Of a stretch of DNA of 64,000 bases, positions 34,698 through 48,123 are shown in pieces. Where the stretch lies: positions 1,736,001 to 1,800,000 of the forward strand of contig CDRNST010000096.1 of NCBI GenBank assembly GCA_977016875.1. The letters run 5' to 3'. Each line of letters begins with the position of its first letter. The first letter of the stretch is position 1. A program made the translations under genes and the position numbers. Source of the stretch: Pavona decussata. Its lineage: Eukaryota. The notes below the pieces were generated by a model, which ran no database searches, was not told where the DNA came from, and saw only the letters and a list, made by a program, of their open reading frames with translations.

Positions 34698-37521
34698 ATT
34701 ATACCAACAGACTTAGAGATTTTCTTGCAAATATAACTGATATGCGATTTCCAGGTATATAAATACCTAAGAACTTAACTTCTGTTACTTGCTTGATTGG
34801 TATACTGTCAAATTAAATTTGGGAGCTCGTGTGGACAGATTTTTGTTTAGGCTTAAATATAACATAATTGGTGTTCTTTACGTTAACAGAAAGTTTGTTT
34901 GATTTCATCCATAAGCTAATCTTAGTCAGTTCACAACATGATCAGGGTCTGAATTGGAGTAAAAGATACTAGTATCATCTGCAAAGAGCAGGCATTCTGC
35001 CAGTCGGGTTGTTTTTGGAAGATCATTGATATATAATATGAAAAATAAAGGGCCTAATATGGAACCCTGTGGAACACCGCATCTAATTATCTGTTTGGAG
35101 GAACGGGTATAGTTAATCTAGACGAATTGGGCACCGGTTGGAGAAATAACTTTTGATATATTGCAATGCTAGTCCACAGTCCAAATTTAATCAATATGAA
35201 GACCCAGTAATAATATAAAACTATAGGACCTATAGGAGTGCATGATCTCGGCTATCTATAGAAGCCTTTTTCCAATTTCAATAACAGTCAATAACTGCTG
35301 AAACTTAATTATTTTCATTACTTTTCACAATCAGACATGTCAATGTCAGAGTCCACATCCACTGACTGCTTCTGCCTTATAGCTTTCTTTTCGTTTTCTC
35401 AGCGGCTTTTTTAAACATATCTGGGCCAGTCTTCTGTTTCATATCTTTATCGTCTTTGTTCTTTGTAGTACTGCATGTGGACTAATAATCTATAAAAATA
35501 AATAAACGGCATTTAATGGTGAGATTTATTACAACATTTATATAACAAACTGTAGCTGTTTTGGTTGCATTTTACTTACGTTGCCTATGTGAGACGTCCT
35601 ATGTTTTAATTAAGGCTAGTTTTAAGCAGGCCAAATTCGCTGTCCACTAATATTCTTCAATTTAATGGATAGAAAAATGTTACTTACATCTATCAACATA
35701 TGAAATTCTTCCCTTGATGTCAGCGTCATAACGTAGCTGCATATTCCTGCCACAATTGCCACAACAAATTTTCCAAGGCCACTTCCCCAACTTGGACTCT
35801 TTGCCTCTCACTTTGACGTGTTTATGTGTGTTGCAACGAACTAAATTCCTGCCACGTTCGTTTAACAGTTCTAATAAATTTAGATGACAAAATTAAATTA
35901 AATCAATTGTTTGGACGATAATTAACAAAAAGGTTTCTAATCGAATCATCATCATCATCATTAGTTCCCTTCTCCCCGTATAGGAAATAGGGCGGGCTAA
36001 TCGAATTATCATACAACCCAAACGTTCTAGAGATGTGTACGGACTGTACTCTTCAAGAGCATCACACTTTGTTTGGTGCATAAAAAAGCTCGCATAAACT
36101 ATTAAATAGTTACGTAAGTTTACCTTCATCAAGTTTTGCCTTTTCATCCTTGGTTAAATTGCACAATGTTGCTGAAGGTGTGGGCAGAGTGTTGCTAGAG
36201 TTTCCTTCTTTTATTACAATTGTGGGGCAGTTACTGGAGAATATGGTCATTATCGGGTAAATAATATAAACGAAAAAAGGAAAAAAATTGTTATAGGGAG
36301 GTAGGTCATAAGGAATAACTAGCAAGTCTCATACTTACGTTGTAATTTGTCTTGGCCGTGAAAAATGGAGGGTAACTCTAGTTCCAGTTGTTAGTCTGTC
36401 TCAATTGAGATTCTTTCTGTTCTCCCATCTTTTTTGACTCCCTTTTGAAAAACCTATATCGTAATATATTTCTTAACAAAGTATGTAAATGATAACTAAG
36501 CCACAGTCCTGTTAGTACGGTGAAAATATTTTAGCACATAAGCAACTAAAAAAACATGATATTTCATATGTTTTAAAATACTTTTACCTACCTATTCAGC
36601 TCCACACAAAGACTCGCTTAAACCTAGCGTGTTTGTGGTGCTTTTAATTCCCGCAAATTCGCTTAAAGTAAAGCAGTATAGAATACATTAGTACTGCGGT
36701 CAATACTTTATTAACACGTCTAGAATGCTCATCAAATGTATTTTAGGTAGGGTTCAGTGTACGGCATCCCCAAATTTGTCATTTGTGAGGGATGAAACGA
36801 TGTTGAAGGGATGTCTTTCATCTACAATTGTACTCTTACCAAATACAACACTATTTTTGAACTGATTTTAAACTATTTTGAAAAACTATTTTTAATCTGT
36901 TTTAGACAGAATAGAATTTAAAATGTATTTATTTCAAACAGTATACAAATAGTATTTAAATTATAGTTTTCGAAAAAAAAAACAGGTTAAAATATATTTT
37001 TTTGTATTTTTGACTGTTTTTAATGGTGTTTTAAGCTGTTTAAGAAACTATTAAAACTATTTTGAAAATTCGTGTTAAAATAGCAGTAAAATGTATCTTA
37101 ACTACATTATAAATACCTTTCAAAAACAGTTCCCCAAAACTGTGCAAAAACATATTCAAAACAGTACAAAACTATATTGTAAATATATTAAAATCAGCAT
37201 AAAAATACTAAGCTCTCCAAAATATTTGCCTTGAAAGTTCACCAAACTACGTTGTAAATATATCAAAATCAGTCAAAAAAAGGCTACAGATTATGCGAAA
37301 TACATTACAAATTTTTACCAACTACAACAAGAACATACTAAAATGAGTATAAAAATGCCGTGAAGATATTGCAAAAAATATATTTAAAATAGCAAAGATG
37401 TTCATTGTTAACATTTTGAAATCTGCCTGTAGTGTTTTCCCTGACCTGAGTAAGAAAAACATGCATTTACTTCTATCTGTGTTTTCGTTTTTTTGTAGTA
37501 AAACTCTCCATTTCAAACATA

Positions 37522-37636
37522 CGGTGGAACCTCGATATAACGAATGGCATTCTTTGCCCCAGTTATAGTAAAATATATGTATAAGAACCTTGAGATAACA
37601 AGTCCCCAGCGACTTCGTTGAATCAAGGTTCCCCTG
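37522..37636. mobile_element. Tigger/pogo-like MITE
   Basis: TA-CGGTGGAACCTCGATATAACGAA ... TTCGTTGAATCAAGGTTCCCCTG-TA: imperfect TIRs with TA flanks. Confidence 0.65.
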
Positions 37637-38349
37637 TATTGAAAAATTTCAAGGTTTTTTTTTACAAAGTAAGACGAATGGTCAGCCTATAAATCTATTC
37701 TACTAAACAGAGCCCATAGCAAAATTTAGAGGGTACAACCTTTTTGTCACTTTTGTCTAGGTAGTTGTCTCCTAATAAAAATTTATACACTCACTGAATA
37801 ATATCCAGAGCTATAGTATTCAGACGGCTTTAAAAAACAAAAATTCTGCAACATGTATCTATGACTTGTAACAAGTGTGATTTACAGGAAACAATATAAT
37901 TATTATTTTTGTCATAGTCTTCAAGTTGTACCTTCTAAATTAGACAATCAAATAAGGAAAAAATTCACCAGAATCAGAGGTAAAATTTAATGTGATACTG
38001 GTGATCCCTTATCAGATTTCTTGGCCTCCTTGTGCTGTTGATACTTTTCTGTAAACATGAAAAAAATAAATAGCAAAAATCAATAAAAACTTGAGAATGT
38101 GTAACAAAATATGGCACTATTGGCATTGTGTCAAGCCCCTCTAAGTCTTACTACGGATATATAATAAGGGTGTACATTTCTCAAATTTCTTGGCTTCTGC
38201 TGAAACAAATTTATAATTAACTTGGTTGTAAGATGACGCTAAAAAGCCAAAACCAACTAAATTGACTAATCCGGACTGGATGTTAATCAATTGGACATTG
38301 AAGATTAAAATATAAATTACACATCACAAAATATCTTATAAAACTGCAT

Positions 38350-39460
38350 ACCTTTATGATAGGACGGATTCTTATCTTGGAAGGTGAGGCTATTACATTT
38401 TTGCCTAAGGGCTTGCATTACGTCGCCCTTAGAACAGCTGGTTTCTTTCTTTTTTCCTTCCTCAGTCTCTTCGGGAGTTGTTACCTTTGCAACAACTGCA
38501 AAATCTTTAGATCAAAAAAAATTAAAAAGATAAGATTTTCCAGATAACCCCTCTCTGGTATGCTTCTGCTGCATCCATGCACCCAGATGGTGTTACGACA
38601 AAACCAGTCAACAATGATCAGGTGGCATGCATGGATATCCCAGTAAAATGCAGGGTCGGAAATAAGCTCTTCCCAACCGACTTAGGCCAGCATTAAAACT
38701 TCATGGGTGAGTACAAATATTAGACATTTTGCTGCATTTGAGACACTTGCCGGTAAATGGCAGGTTCTGTCAAAAATACGATTCCGTCCCTGAAAATGGA
38801 CAATCACTTAAAATGTGTTAAAAAAAATTAAAACAGCGGATGCAGCACAGCTGCCGAAAATATTATGCATTTCTTGCCTAATTATTATTTCAAAATGAGC
38901 TTGACCTGTATTTAATGGATTTTTTGTATCCTGACCTCTTACATTCTGCCTTTACAAAAGTTAATGGTACGTTCAAAAAAGGACCAACTACTTTACACAA
39001 AGAAGTTGGCTTCCCCACATCTAATTTGAAAAAAATTGAAGTACTCTCAAAACAGCTGAAACGTCAGTATAGTATACATTTAAAAGAAGTAGTTTTGCTA
39101 AAAATAAAACTTACTGTCTTCAATCTCTTGCTGAAGTTTGGTAATTTCCCCCTTTAGTTTTTCCTTTTCCTCTTTGCAGTGTACATTTATACACTTCTTG
39201 GGGGGAAATGATGACTTAGGGGTTTTCATCCCCACTTGTGGCCTTGGGGTAGGAGGTAATGGCCGTGTTGGTGGAAGTATCTTTGAAGAGGCGTTATCCT
39301 CGTCTGCTGATGAATTTTCACCATCAGTTGATGAATCTTCATTTATATGTACTGAATGACTTGCCGAATAGGATGCTTTCAATCGTGCTAATATTTCAGC
39401 TGCTAATGTTGCAGAGCTGACCGGTTGTGTAGTTGCCCGGATCCCTGAAGTTCTTTGAGC
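38350..39460 (-). pseudogene. Fragments of a spliced gene with low-complexity, coiled-coil and BEN-domain-like segments
   Basis: Exon-like pieces CINVHCKEEKEKLKGEITKLQQEIE, NVRGQDTKNPLN and DVMQALRQKCNS. The last two resemble the conserved NxxG..KxPLD and AIxxKC motifs of BEN domains. Confidence 0.35.
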
Positions 39461-39517
39461 TGAAAAGGCAAAAGTGAGAGTTGACTTTATTACAAGACAT
39501 TGATTACAAGTTAAAGT

Positions 39518-39681
39518 CAGGGCACAAAGAAATTAAATTTTCCAGTTTGCCCAAATTTCCACAAAACATTTTTTTCCAAGACTTTCACTTGCCTTTCAGG
39601 CAAGTTGAGGGTACGATCCACTAGCCTGACAGCAAAATCCACTAGCCCCTGGGTATCGGACACCAACTTCTTTGTACCCTG
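39518..39681. mobile_element. Short MITE with CAGGG ends
   Basis: CAGGGCACAAAGAA ... TTCTTTGTACCCTG. TSD not recognisable. Confidence 0.55.
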
Positions 39682-40032
39682 TATAGTGTAGATGTACATA
39701 AACTAAAGTATTGCAGTTTTTGACAACACATGCAGCAGAGTGGATTGCAAGGAGCTCAACAAAATCTGTATTTGAAGTAGATAGCTGACGTCAGTAGTGT
39801 TAACAACTGTTTTAAAGGAGGTTCACTGCAAACAACATATTAGGGACCTTAAGCAGTCTCGACGAGTCTATGGACGATGACGAGCGTGGCCCTAGAGGAC
39901 CTGGGCTGAGGACGCCGTTTGCGCGGTAAAAACAAATGTTTAAGCAAGCTGGGTTGAGGATGCCAAACGGCGGGAAAAACAAATAACAAATGTTTTAGCA
40001 ATCTCCCGACGTCGAAGCTATAAAAGTTGTAA

Positions 40033-41426
40033 ATGGCATCATTTAAAGAAATTCGAGAGTTGCTTCTTTTAAGCCTTGAGCACAACACCATAAACGAGGA
40101 AGAATTCCTTCTTCTATCGGAAGAGTTTGAGTCGAAGAATCCTGATTTTCCTTACGAAAATCAAGCAGGTTTCGATCTTGATGATATGGATGAATCGGAA
40201 TGTTTTGCGGAATTCCGATTTCAAAAACGCCACATTCCCCTTCTGGCTGACGTTCTACAGATTCCTGACACATTTTTGTGCTATCAGAGATCAGTTTTGA
40301 GTGGCATTGAAGGACTTTGCATTCTGCTAAAGCGGTTGTCGTATCCCTGTCGATGCAGGAACCTTATCCCACACTTTGGTAGGCCAGTTCCTGTGTTGAG
40401 TATGGTGAGCAATCAGGTGCTTGATTATCTTTACGATAATCACAGCCACTGCAAACTCAAGTGGAATCCGACAATTCTCAATCCAGCCGCACTTCAAGAT
40501 TACAGTGATGCAATATCTGCCCGAGGAGCTGCCTTGGACAATTGTTTTGGGTTCATTGATGGGACTGTGCGGCCGATTTGTCGTCCTGGAGAGCACCAAA
40601 GAGTTGTTTATAACGGCCATAAAAGGGTGCATGCTCCCAAGTTTCAGTGTGTGGCTCTTCCTAGCAGACTGATAAGAAATCTGTACGGACTAGTAGGTAA
40701 GTGTTTGCAACTCAAAGATCACTGTCATAATTTGCAGCACGAGGCAATGTGATGATATCCTTCTCGCGCACAGCAGAAGGATTGTGTGTGTGTGTGTTGG
40801 GGCAGGGGGGGGCAAGGGTGGGAAGGAGGGTCGGTATGTAGAGAGGTGCTGTAAGACAAATTTTGTGTCATGGGTTTATATCATGTAATGCAACGGAAGT
40901 AAATGTGTGGCGCGTATGGCTTATTACGATTTTCTATCATGTAATGGGGGATGTATCAAACACAAAGCTACCACGTATTTAAACAGCAACACTCTTTTTC
41001 TAATGTTTTACAGAAGGCAGAAAGCATGACGCTGGAATGCTTGCAGACTCAGGTCTACTGAATGAACTACAGAGATCTGCCTATTTGCCCCATGGCCGTC
41101 CAATGTGCCTATACGGTGATCCCACTTATACTCTGAGAGTGCACCTCCAGGCCCCCTTTAGAAATGCTCTCTTACCTCCACCAATGCAAGCTTTCAATAC
41201 GAGTAAGAGTATTGTCAGAGAATCAGTGGAATGGCTCTTCAATGATATTATAAACTATTTCAAATTTGTTGATTTCAAGAAAAATTTAAAAATTGGATTG
41301 AGCAGTATCAGCAAAATGTATGTTGTGTGCGCAATACTTAGAAACGCACTTACCTGTTTGTATGGTAACCAAACATCGCGCTATTTTGAGCTGGAACCCC
41401 CGTCTGTCGAATATTATTTCTCGTAA
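40033..41426 (+). CDS. Harbinger-type DDE transposase (DDE_Tnp_4-like), 2 exons: 40033-40696 and 41014-41426, 358 aa
   Basis: Motifs FGFIDGT, YNGHK, EGRKHDAG (formed across the GT-AG intron), YGDPTY and VRESVEWLF. The spliced frame is open, 1077 nt. Confidence 0.85.
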
Positions 41427-41507
41427 TCCAAGACCCAGTTTTGTTGCCTTCTCAAGTACTGATCTAAAAACCACACTAAAGAAAGTGGAACACTCCCTCT
41501 CTCAAGC

Positions 41508-41953
41508 TATGAAGCGTTATTAGGGTCATTATTCAATTGCAAATCCTGTTATGATGCTCTATTGAATTATGTTATGGCATTCTGCATTACATTTTCGGTT
41601 CTCAAATTAATCTTCTGCAAGCTGCTAAATTATGCTCTGATATTCTGCATTATGTTTTCGACATTCGAATTATGATTTGACCTTTTTGATAATGTCTTGT
41701 CATTTTGCATTATATTCTGCAAGCTGCTAAATTATGTTTTGGTATTTTGCATTATGCTTTCGATATTCCAATTATGTTTTGAAATTTGACACAGTGTCTT
41801 GTCATTTTGCATTATATTCTTGATATTCGAATTATGTTTTGACATTTTACACCATGTCTTGTCATTTTCCATTACATTTTCGACTTTCGAATTATGTTCG
41901 GCTGTTGGACTGGTGCCTAGCAGCTGGAAAACTACGAGGAACCCTGGGACGAG
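41508..41953 (+). repeat. Left TIR (446 bp) with internal short repeats
   Basis: Reverse complement of 50700-51145, with 2 mismatches seen. Built from recurring TGCATTAT, GAATTATG, GTCTTGTCATTTT and TGCAAGCTGCTAAATTATG motifs. Confidence 0.95.
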
Positions 41954-42017
41954 CAAAGTTCCCGCCTTCTATAATTTATGTTAATTATTACCAAGTCTGA
42001 TGCATCGTGAAATCAAA

Positions 42018-45000
42018 ATGGCGGAAGATGGAAACTCGAAGAGAAGAGCTGAAGGAGACGATCAAGCAAAAGCGCAAAAGCTATACGTCTTCTTAGGGAG
42101 GTGACCACGTTGTTGTCAGAAGAGGAAGCGAAAGAAACGCTAGGCGCGGAAGAGACAACTCAGCGGAGAGGAGCTTCGAACGCAAACGCCATATTGAATG
42201 ACTCCGAAGTATTTTTGCTCCATACCAAGCTACTCAAGCTGTACATCTTGCGCCTCTTGTGTCAACCTTTCAGTCGAAAAACAGGTCTTCCCACCCAAAA
42301 CAAAAGCGTGGTGCATTCTTCCAACCGAAGGATACATGGACCCACGAATTTTTCTGTTTATCACAGAAAATTCAGGACCGGGTTCCTTCAAGGGCTGGCA
42401 AATTCGAACTACAAGCCGCCGGACTAGGACGTAGAAAAATTTGCTTTCATTGGAAGGCAAATTTTGCCGAATTTAGTAAAAAGTTGGAAGAGGAATATCC
42501 CAAGCTGAAGTCAGCGAGTGGATTCGTGCTAATGAGGACAGGTGTCCATGGCAATAACTGCCTTGCTACAATTACGCCGCCAGGAAGTGGTTATTCAGTT
42601 CCGTTTTTGAGGGACTGCTCAGGATTGGGTCAAGCCACGGCCTACATCAGACCTTTAAATCGCGATTTGGATACAACCCCTGTGTCTGAGGTGAGGTTTT
42701 TAGCTTACTTTTGTGGTTTGATCATTATCATTATCATTTGTACATAGTTCTGGTTGTAGTTGCAATTAATGGATATCCGCGTACACTTGTACCGATATCT
42801 TTATATTATATACAATGTAATCAGGGCTTTTGTTAGAGCCAGGACACCAGGACCCTACTCTGTCATTTCAATTTTTTTCCTGGCTATTTAAGGCTTCGAC
42901 TAATTGAGGCTGTGCTAAAGTATTTGAGTGAATGGGCAGAAGTGGCTTGCAATGCACCCTTTGAATTCAATGGACCTGTGGAAATACAAATGGGATAAAG
43001 ATGTGATCATTGCAGTGGTAATCATTGTGTGTTCCTTTCACAGAGTGGTTGATGGGCTCAATATGTATTCCTTTCCACATCTGGTTCATCATAGCTCAGT
43101 TGGTAGAGTATTGCAGTGTGAAGGTATAGGCTAGGAGTTTGATTCCCAATGAAGTTCTGAATTTTCTTTGGGTTGGGGGGGGGGGGTGGGGGGTGAGGGC
43201 TAATTCACAATTACTTAAATTAAGCTACTTCAACTGTGATAATCGCGTTTGCATTCCACAATGCACCTTTTGGGCCTTAAAAATGAAAATTGCCTGAAAG
43301 AGGCCCCATAACCCTGGCAATGGGAGAGGGGTACCCTGCTATTTGTACATTTTGTCTCAGCTATTTAAAATCTTAACAAAACCTGTAACAATGTGCCTTT
43401 TTGATTAAAAGGAAACTTCTGACAATACAGTTCAAGTTACTTGTTTGAACTGTGGGAAGGAGGTGGCTGTCATGCAGTGGGATCATCACGATAGCTTGTG
43501 TCAGGGTGGATCTTCTAGTCAAAGCACCAGTGGTGACTGTGTGGATTTGACTATTAACAATGACATGAAGGACGAGAATAACACCACCAATGAGTTTGAG
43601 AGCCTCAGAATCAAGCATGCTACCCTCAGCCCTATGGATGATGCTGGTACAAAGATAATTTCCCCTAGTTGCAGTGAAGATCTAAAAGGCAATGACTGTC
43701 CAGATGCTAGATCTTCTGAGAGTGGTAATACTGTATTAACAAACACAATATGTTCTCCCTCAGCCCGCAAAATTTGCTGGGTAGTGGCCCTTGGTGCCCT
43801 GGCTACTGTATAATTCTAGTGACAGGAAAACTCACTGTGTTTCCAGGCCAGCATCTCCTTTTACATTCAACTAAGGTGTTAAAATGATAAACAGCAAATT
43901 ATTTTTCCCCTTTTTGTATTCTTGTGTTGTAATGAATTCAGAAAGGCTCAATTCAGAATGCTTGGTACACAGTCGCCTGCTGGTAAAGTTACCTGCTTTT
44001 ACACCTAGTCTTGATATTTACAAGTGCTCCTCTTCTAGGAAACATTTCTTCATATCATGCTTGCTCAAGATGCACTGAAATGCATGTTTAATTGGCTCAG
44101 ATTCACAAAATTTCCTGGGAAGGTCCCCTGGGCTCCCCTTCCCTACTCCCCTACTTCAACTCTTTTACCAGTTATTCCATGAAAGCGCATTGTACATAAG
44201 TTGGCTATAACCATCTCATACACAACAAGCAGGAGTGTAATAATTATTTTTATTTGTAAATGCCACATTGTTTGTTGAATGATAGTCACTCCCAACTCAA
44301 ATCCCTGTCATTGTCACGTTCAGCTGACACTTCACCCTTTGTTATAGATTATCCCATCACCCCAGCTTGACTTATTCATTGAGCTCATGACTCTATAGAG
44401 GTAACTAAGTTCATCTGGGGCTGTTAAGGGTTGGTTGGGAATGGGGCCGGGGTGAAATAGTTTAAAGGTGCATAAAAAGAAAATTAAAAATATATGCACT
44501 TTTTCAAGGTATGGATACTTTGAAGGAAATGTTTCCAGATGTAGCAGAAGATGACCTACTGCTTACTTTGAAAGAAAATAACTTTGAGCTTGAGGAAGCA
44601 ATTAGTGACATTTTGGTCAAGAGTAGCCCATTTGAGCATGCAGGTGAAGTGTTGTGGTAGTGTTCTCCATTTTGTTCAATATTGAATATGTTTAGATGTA
44701 CTATCAAGGTTTGACCTTTTTTGAACAAAGGATAAGGAAAGGTTCTTGTTCAAGACTATTAAACTAAGGATCTTATTTATTTTGTTCTGTGTGGCCTTGA
44801 TGTCACAGGTCAAAATGAATGGTTCTTATAGTGATGTTCTCTAGAGAGATTTCTTGGTTGGACTTTCGCTGTTTACACCTACTAGGTATATACAATGATA
44901 TTAGCCCAAAATTTCAATCCTCATTTTAATGTAACAGAGCAATCATTATTATTTTCTTATCAGAAAAGAACTATTTAACGATCCAAATTTCAGCTAAGTA

Positions 45001-47602
45001 ATTTTCATGTGAAAAATAATTGTGATAATTATATCACAATAACATATTATTGTGAAAATACTCAATGCCCTCAAAAAAGCACTCATCCAAGTCATGGCAA
45101 TATACTCGCTTCTATTTTCAGGTCATAGTATTCCAGTGACTCTTAATGAAGCACTGAAAAAGTACCAGAAAGGTGTTGTTGAAGACAGATGTAAAATCAT
45201 TGATGTGGACAGAGAAGTCCTGTGGAAGACAGCTCTTGTTTTCTATAAGAGTTCCCCAAAGGAACATTTGTATCGTCGATTAAATGTGATGTTTGAAGGA
45301 ATGGAGAATGCGGTAGATGCAGGAGCTCTCAGTCTGGAATTCTTTGCAGACCTAACGAGAGCCATCAACAACAACTTATTTAAGGGCAATGCTGACCGGC
45401 GTGTTCCACAGTATAGCTGGGAAAACGTTTACCTCATCAAAATGGCAGGTGTTATGGTTGCACACTCATTATTGCAGAATGGTCCTTCAATGCCGTGCTT
45501 GGCACCGTATGTCTATCAATTTTTAGTTAGTGGCGAAAAGGAACATGCGGCTGCATATGTCAACTTCGATGACCTGCCAAAATCAGCAAAGACAGAAACA
45601 CTTATTGCATTTCTGCAGGGGGTAAGTAAGTCCAGCAATGGTGCACATTTCAATAAGTTTTTCATTTTTCTTGCATCCCAAATACTGTAAATCAAATTTT
45701 CCAATTTTTCATATTCAGGGCAGCCAAATTAATCACTTGGCTCAACTCCACTTACATGTAGAATGCCGCTAATGGATAAAAATAATTTGTCTGCTTGAAA
45801 TGACCACTTGACCAAGATAGGGGTGATAACCTCAAGAATACCCCACTACCTTTGATCTGAAGAAAAGAACAATTTACTAGTCAACCTTATAAATGAAAGC
45901 TGCATTGTGATAACCTTAGCATGTTATTACTCCTGCATTCTGGCCTCAAAAGTGACAACTTTAAGGTACTTTTTGGTCTGAGTGGTGGGCTTTGCTGGAA
46001 AGTTTGTGAAGGGACAAGTACCACTGACACCAAGGGGTTGGTTTGAAGAAGAGACATTGGCTTCCTTTTCCAATCCTAAACCCAGAATCTTGAAAGCAAA
46101 CTATTACCCCCCACATTAACTTGTTTTTTTGGCATAAGGTTGAAGATGCTCAAACTGACGAGGAAATATCCAACCTGTGTGATCAGCCCAAGTTCAGCAC
46201 TTTAATTGATAGGTCAGGTTGGCCCATTGGCAGAGTGTTAAACATGAAGTCCAAAGGTGACTTTGTGAGATACATGCTGGTTGAAGAGCTAGTTGGCAAA
46301 CGCCTCCAACTACTCCAAAACTTTAGAGAGGGCCTGGACTACTTTGGATTGGTGGGGATGATGAAAAAGAATGCAAGTTTATGGAAGCCATTGTTTGTAA
46401 CAGAGAAGCAAGTACCCACTGAGTGCAGATGCCTTCATCAGCCTTGTTGAACCCCCTTCAGGTCACGACGAACTGCAGGCGAGAGCATATGCACTGTTCA
46501 TAGAGTTCATTAAGGGACATAAAGAATGTACAGGTAAACTTTGTAACATCGGCATTTGAAAACTCTACTTACATTTGTGAAAATGATGTATACAGTATGA
46601 CAAAACTATCACAAGGGGCACACAGGGGGAAGGTAAAACTAAAGTGACTGAATCACTGTAAAAGCATGTTTATGAGGTAGTAAAATGAGGAAAGGTTCTG
46701 CTGCAACTATAATCAGCCATCCTGGGGGAGGAGACTTTTGCATACACAAAGCTATGCTCACCTATGACTAAAAGCTACATGTATGAGTAGAAACTCAGCT
46801 GTGTTCTATTGGAAATCCACAAATCTGATTGGTTCTCCCACTGTTTTTCTATTCACCGATAGAAACTGATTTCTTGTCCTCAAAGTGCACAAGTTTAGAC
46901 TTTCTACTAAAACGACTAGACTACTCGCCCTCGTTTTCTATTCGCTCAAAGGAGACTCGGGCTCGTAGTCTAATTGTTAAATAGTTTGCACTTTAAAACA
47001 ACAAGATGGAGATAGATTTAGGTAACTTTTATTTTGCCCAGGTCCCCCCCTCAGGGGATAGCAGATATTAGGTGCATATATGGCTGTATAAAATAAGGAC
47101 TTTGTTGTACAGTTGTGTACTTTCTGGAAACATTGTTCCTCAAGTTTTGACATGACTTACTCTGTGCAACAGTCTAAATTAATCAGCCACAGTGCTGGTT
47201 GGATAAAAAAAGTGAACAAAGTAACAGTGGTTTACATTTGAAAGAGAAGCAATGGCACAAGTTTCTTTGAGTTTCTCATAAATTCGAGTGGTTGTCAAGT
47301 AGGAATCCAAACAATAATATTCATCTTGTCTCTCCTCAGAACATATCCCAGCACTGGGTGGAGATGTTCCAGTTTTAAATCTTTTGCTGAAGTTCACAAC
47401 TACGCATCTTCATGTTCCACCAACTGGTCTCAAGAGAAAAATTTCTGTAGAATTTTTGCAGCCTAAAGCGAGCTTACCAGATGCAAAGGCTTGTTTCAAT
47501 ATTTTGTTACTGCCAACAATACACAGCAATACAGAGGAATTCAGCAAAGCCATGTTAACTTCGCTGTGCCATGCTTCTTGCTCCTTTGCTGCTGGTGTCT
47601 AG
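42018..47602 (+). pseudogene. Cargo gene: unknown N-domain, UBZ-like C2HC finger, CUE domain, HECT E3 ubiquitin ligase (6 exons, ~3 small frameshifts)
   Basis: Phase-compatible GT-AG exons: 42018-42690, 43412-43646, 44509-44643, 45122-45621, 46139-46533, 47340-47602. Exon 2: CLNCGKEVAVMQWDHHDSLC. Exon 3: LKEMFPDVAEDDLLLTLKENNFELEEAISDIL (CUE MFP motif). Exons 4-6: VMFEGMENAVDAGALSLEFF, AGVMVAHSL, NFREGL, LLKFTT, LPDAKACFNILLLP, with a Phe near the C-terminus. Confidence 0.82.
43000..43250 (+). repeat. Degenerate tRNA-derived (SINE-like) repeat in an intron
   Basis: ATAGCTCAGTTGGTAGAG A-box and a decayed B-box (GTTTGATTCCC) at 43085-43155, with no intact cloverleaf. Confidence 0.45.
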
Positions 47603-48123
47603 TTTATTGAAACTATTATCTAATAGTTTGTTGTTGTGTTAGTTATTTTCCTTGGGAGGAAGCCAAGAGGGCATATGCCAGACAAAAAGTTCAAGTTCTG
47701 TTCATAGCAACTTCAAGTGCACTTCACCCAAAATATTTTCCGGCTGCTACCTATTGCAACAGCTATTCCAAAACCATTTAGCCTTAAAGTACTTTTTTTC
47801 CAAAGAAGAAGAAAGCATCATTTAATGCACACTTGGTACACAAAGGGTGTGTGAATATCTTCGTGATTTGAGCAGAATTTCTTTGCATTCATGCTGTCAA
47901 GTCAAGAAAAGGGCGATGATCCTCACCACCTTGTGCATCTTGTGACAGATGGCTACAGCTGTACAAAGTTGAAATTTTATTTATATTTTGGGTTAGGTGC
48001 ACTTAAAATTGAAAGTTCAAAATCTAGGTGTACAGAGACAGACCTGTTAACTCCTGAAGTATATTGGGCCATCCTTTTTGTTTTAGGCCTAAGACAAGAG
48101 ACATTGAAAACCTAACCTAGTTA

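Larger units (their letters stand above)
28905..35180 (-). mobile_element. CR1/L2-group LINE copy 2, split by the LTR element at 29321-34697
   Basis: 28905-29320 and 34698-~34815 are highly similar to LINE copy 1. 34900-35110 encodes the RT motifs GVPQGSILGPLFFILYINDL and LFADDT. Confidence 0.85.

Noticed and set aside
41732-41984. Mirror-image ORFs in 41732-41984 and 50660-50854
   Set aside because: These are by-products of the TIRs. The N-terminal extension of ORF 49939..50814 into the TIR is likewise spurious; the likely start is 50682.
43085-43155. tRNA gene
   Set aside because: Only the D-arm/A-box is good. The anticodon and T arms do not pair, so it was treated as a tRNA-derived repeat.
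42018-47602. Host G2E3 or other host HECT orthologue
   Set aside because: It lacks the PHD/RING N-terminus of G2E3 and is enclosed by TIRs and a TSD inside another transposon, so no gene symbol is assigned.
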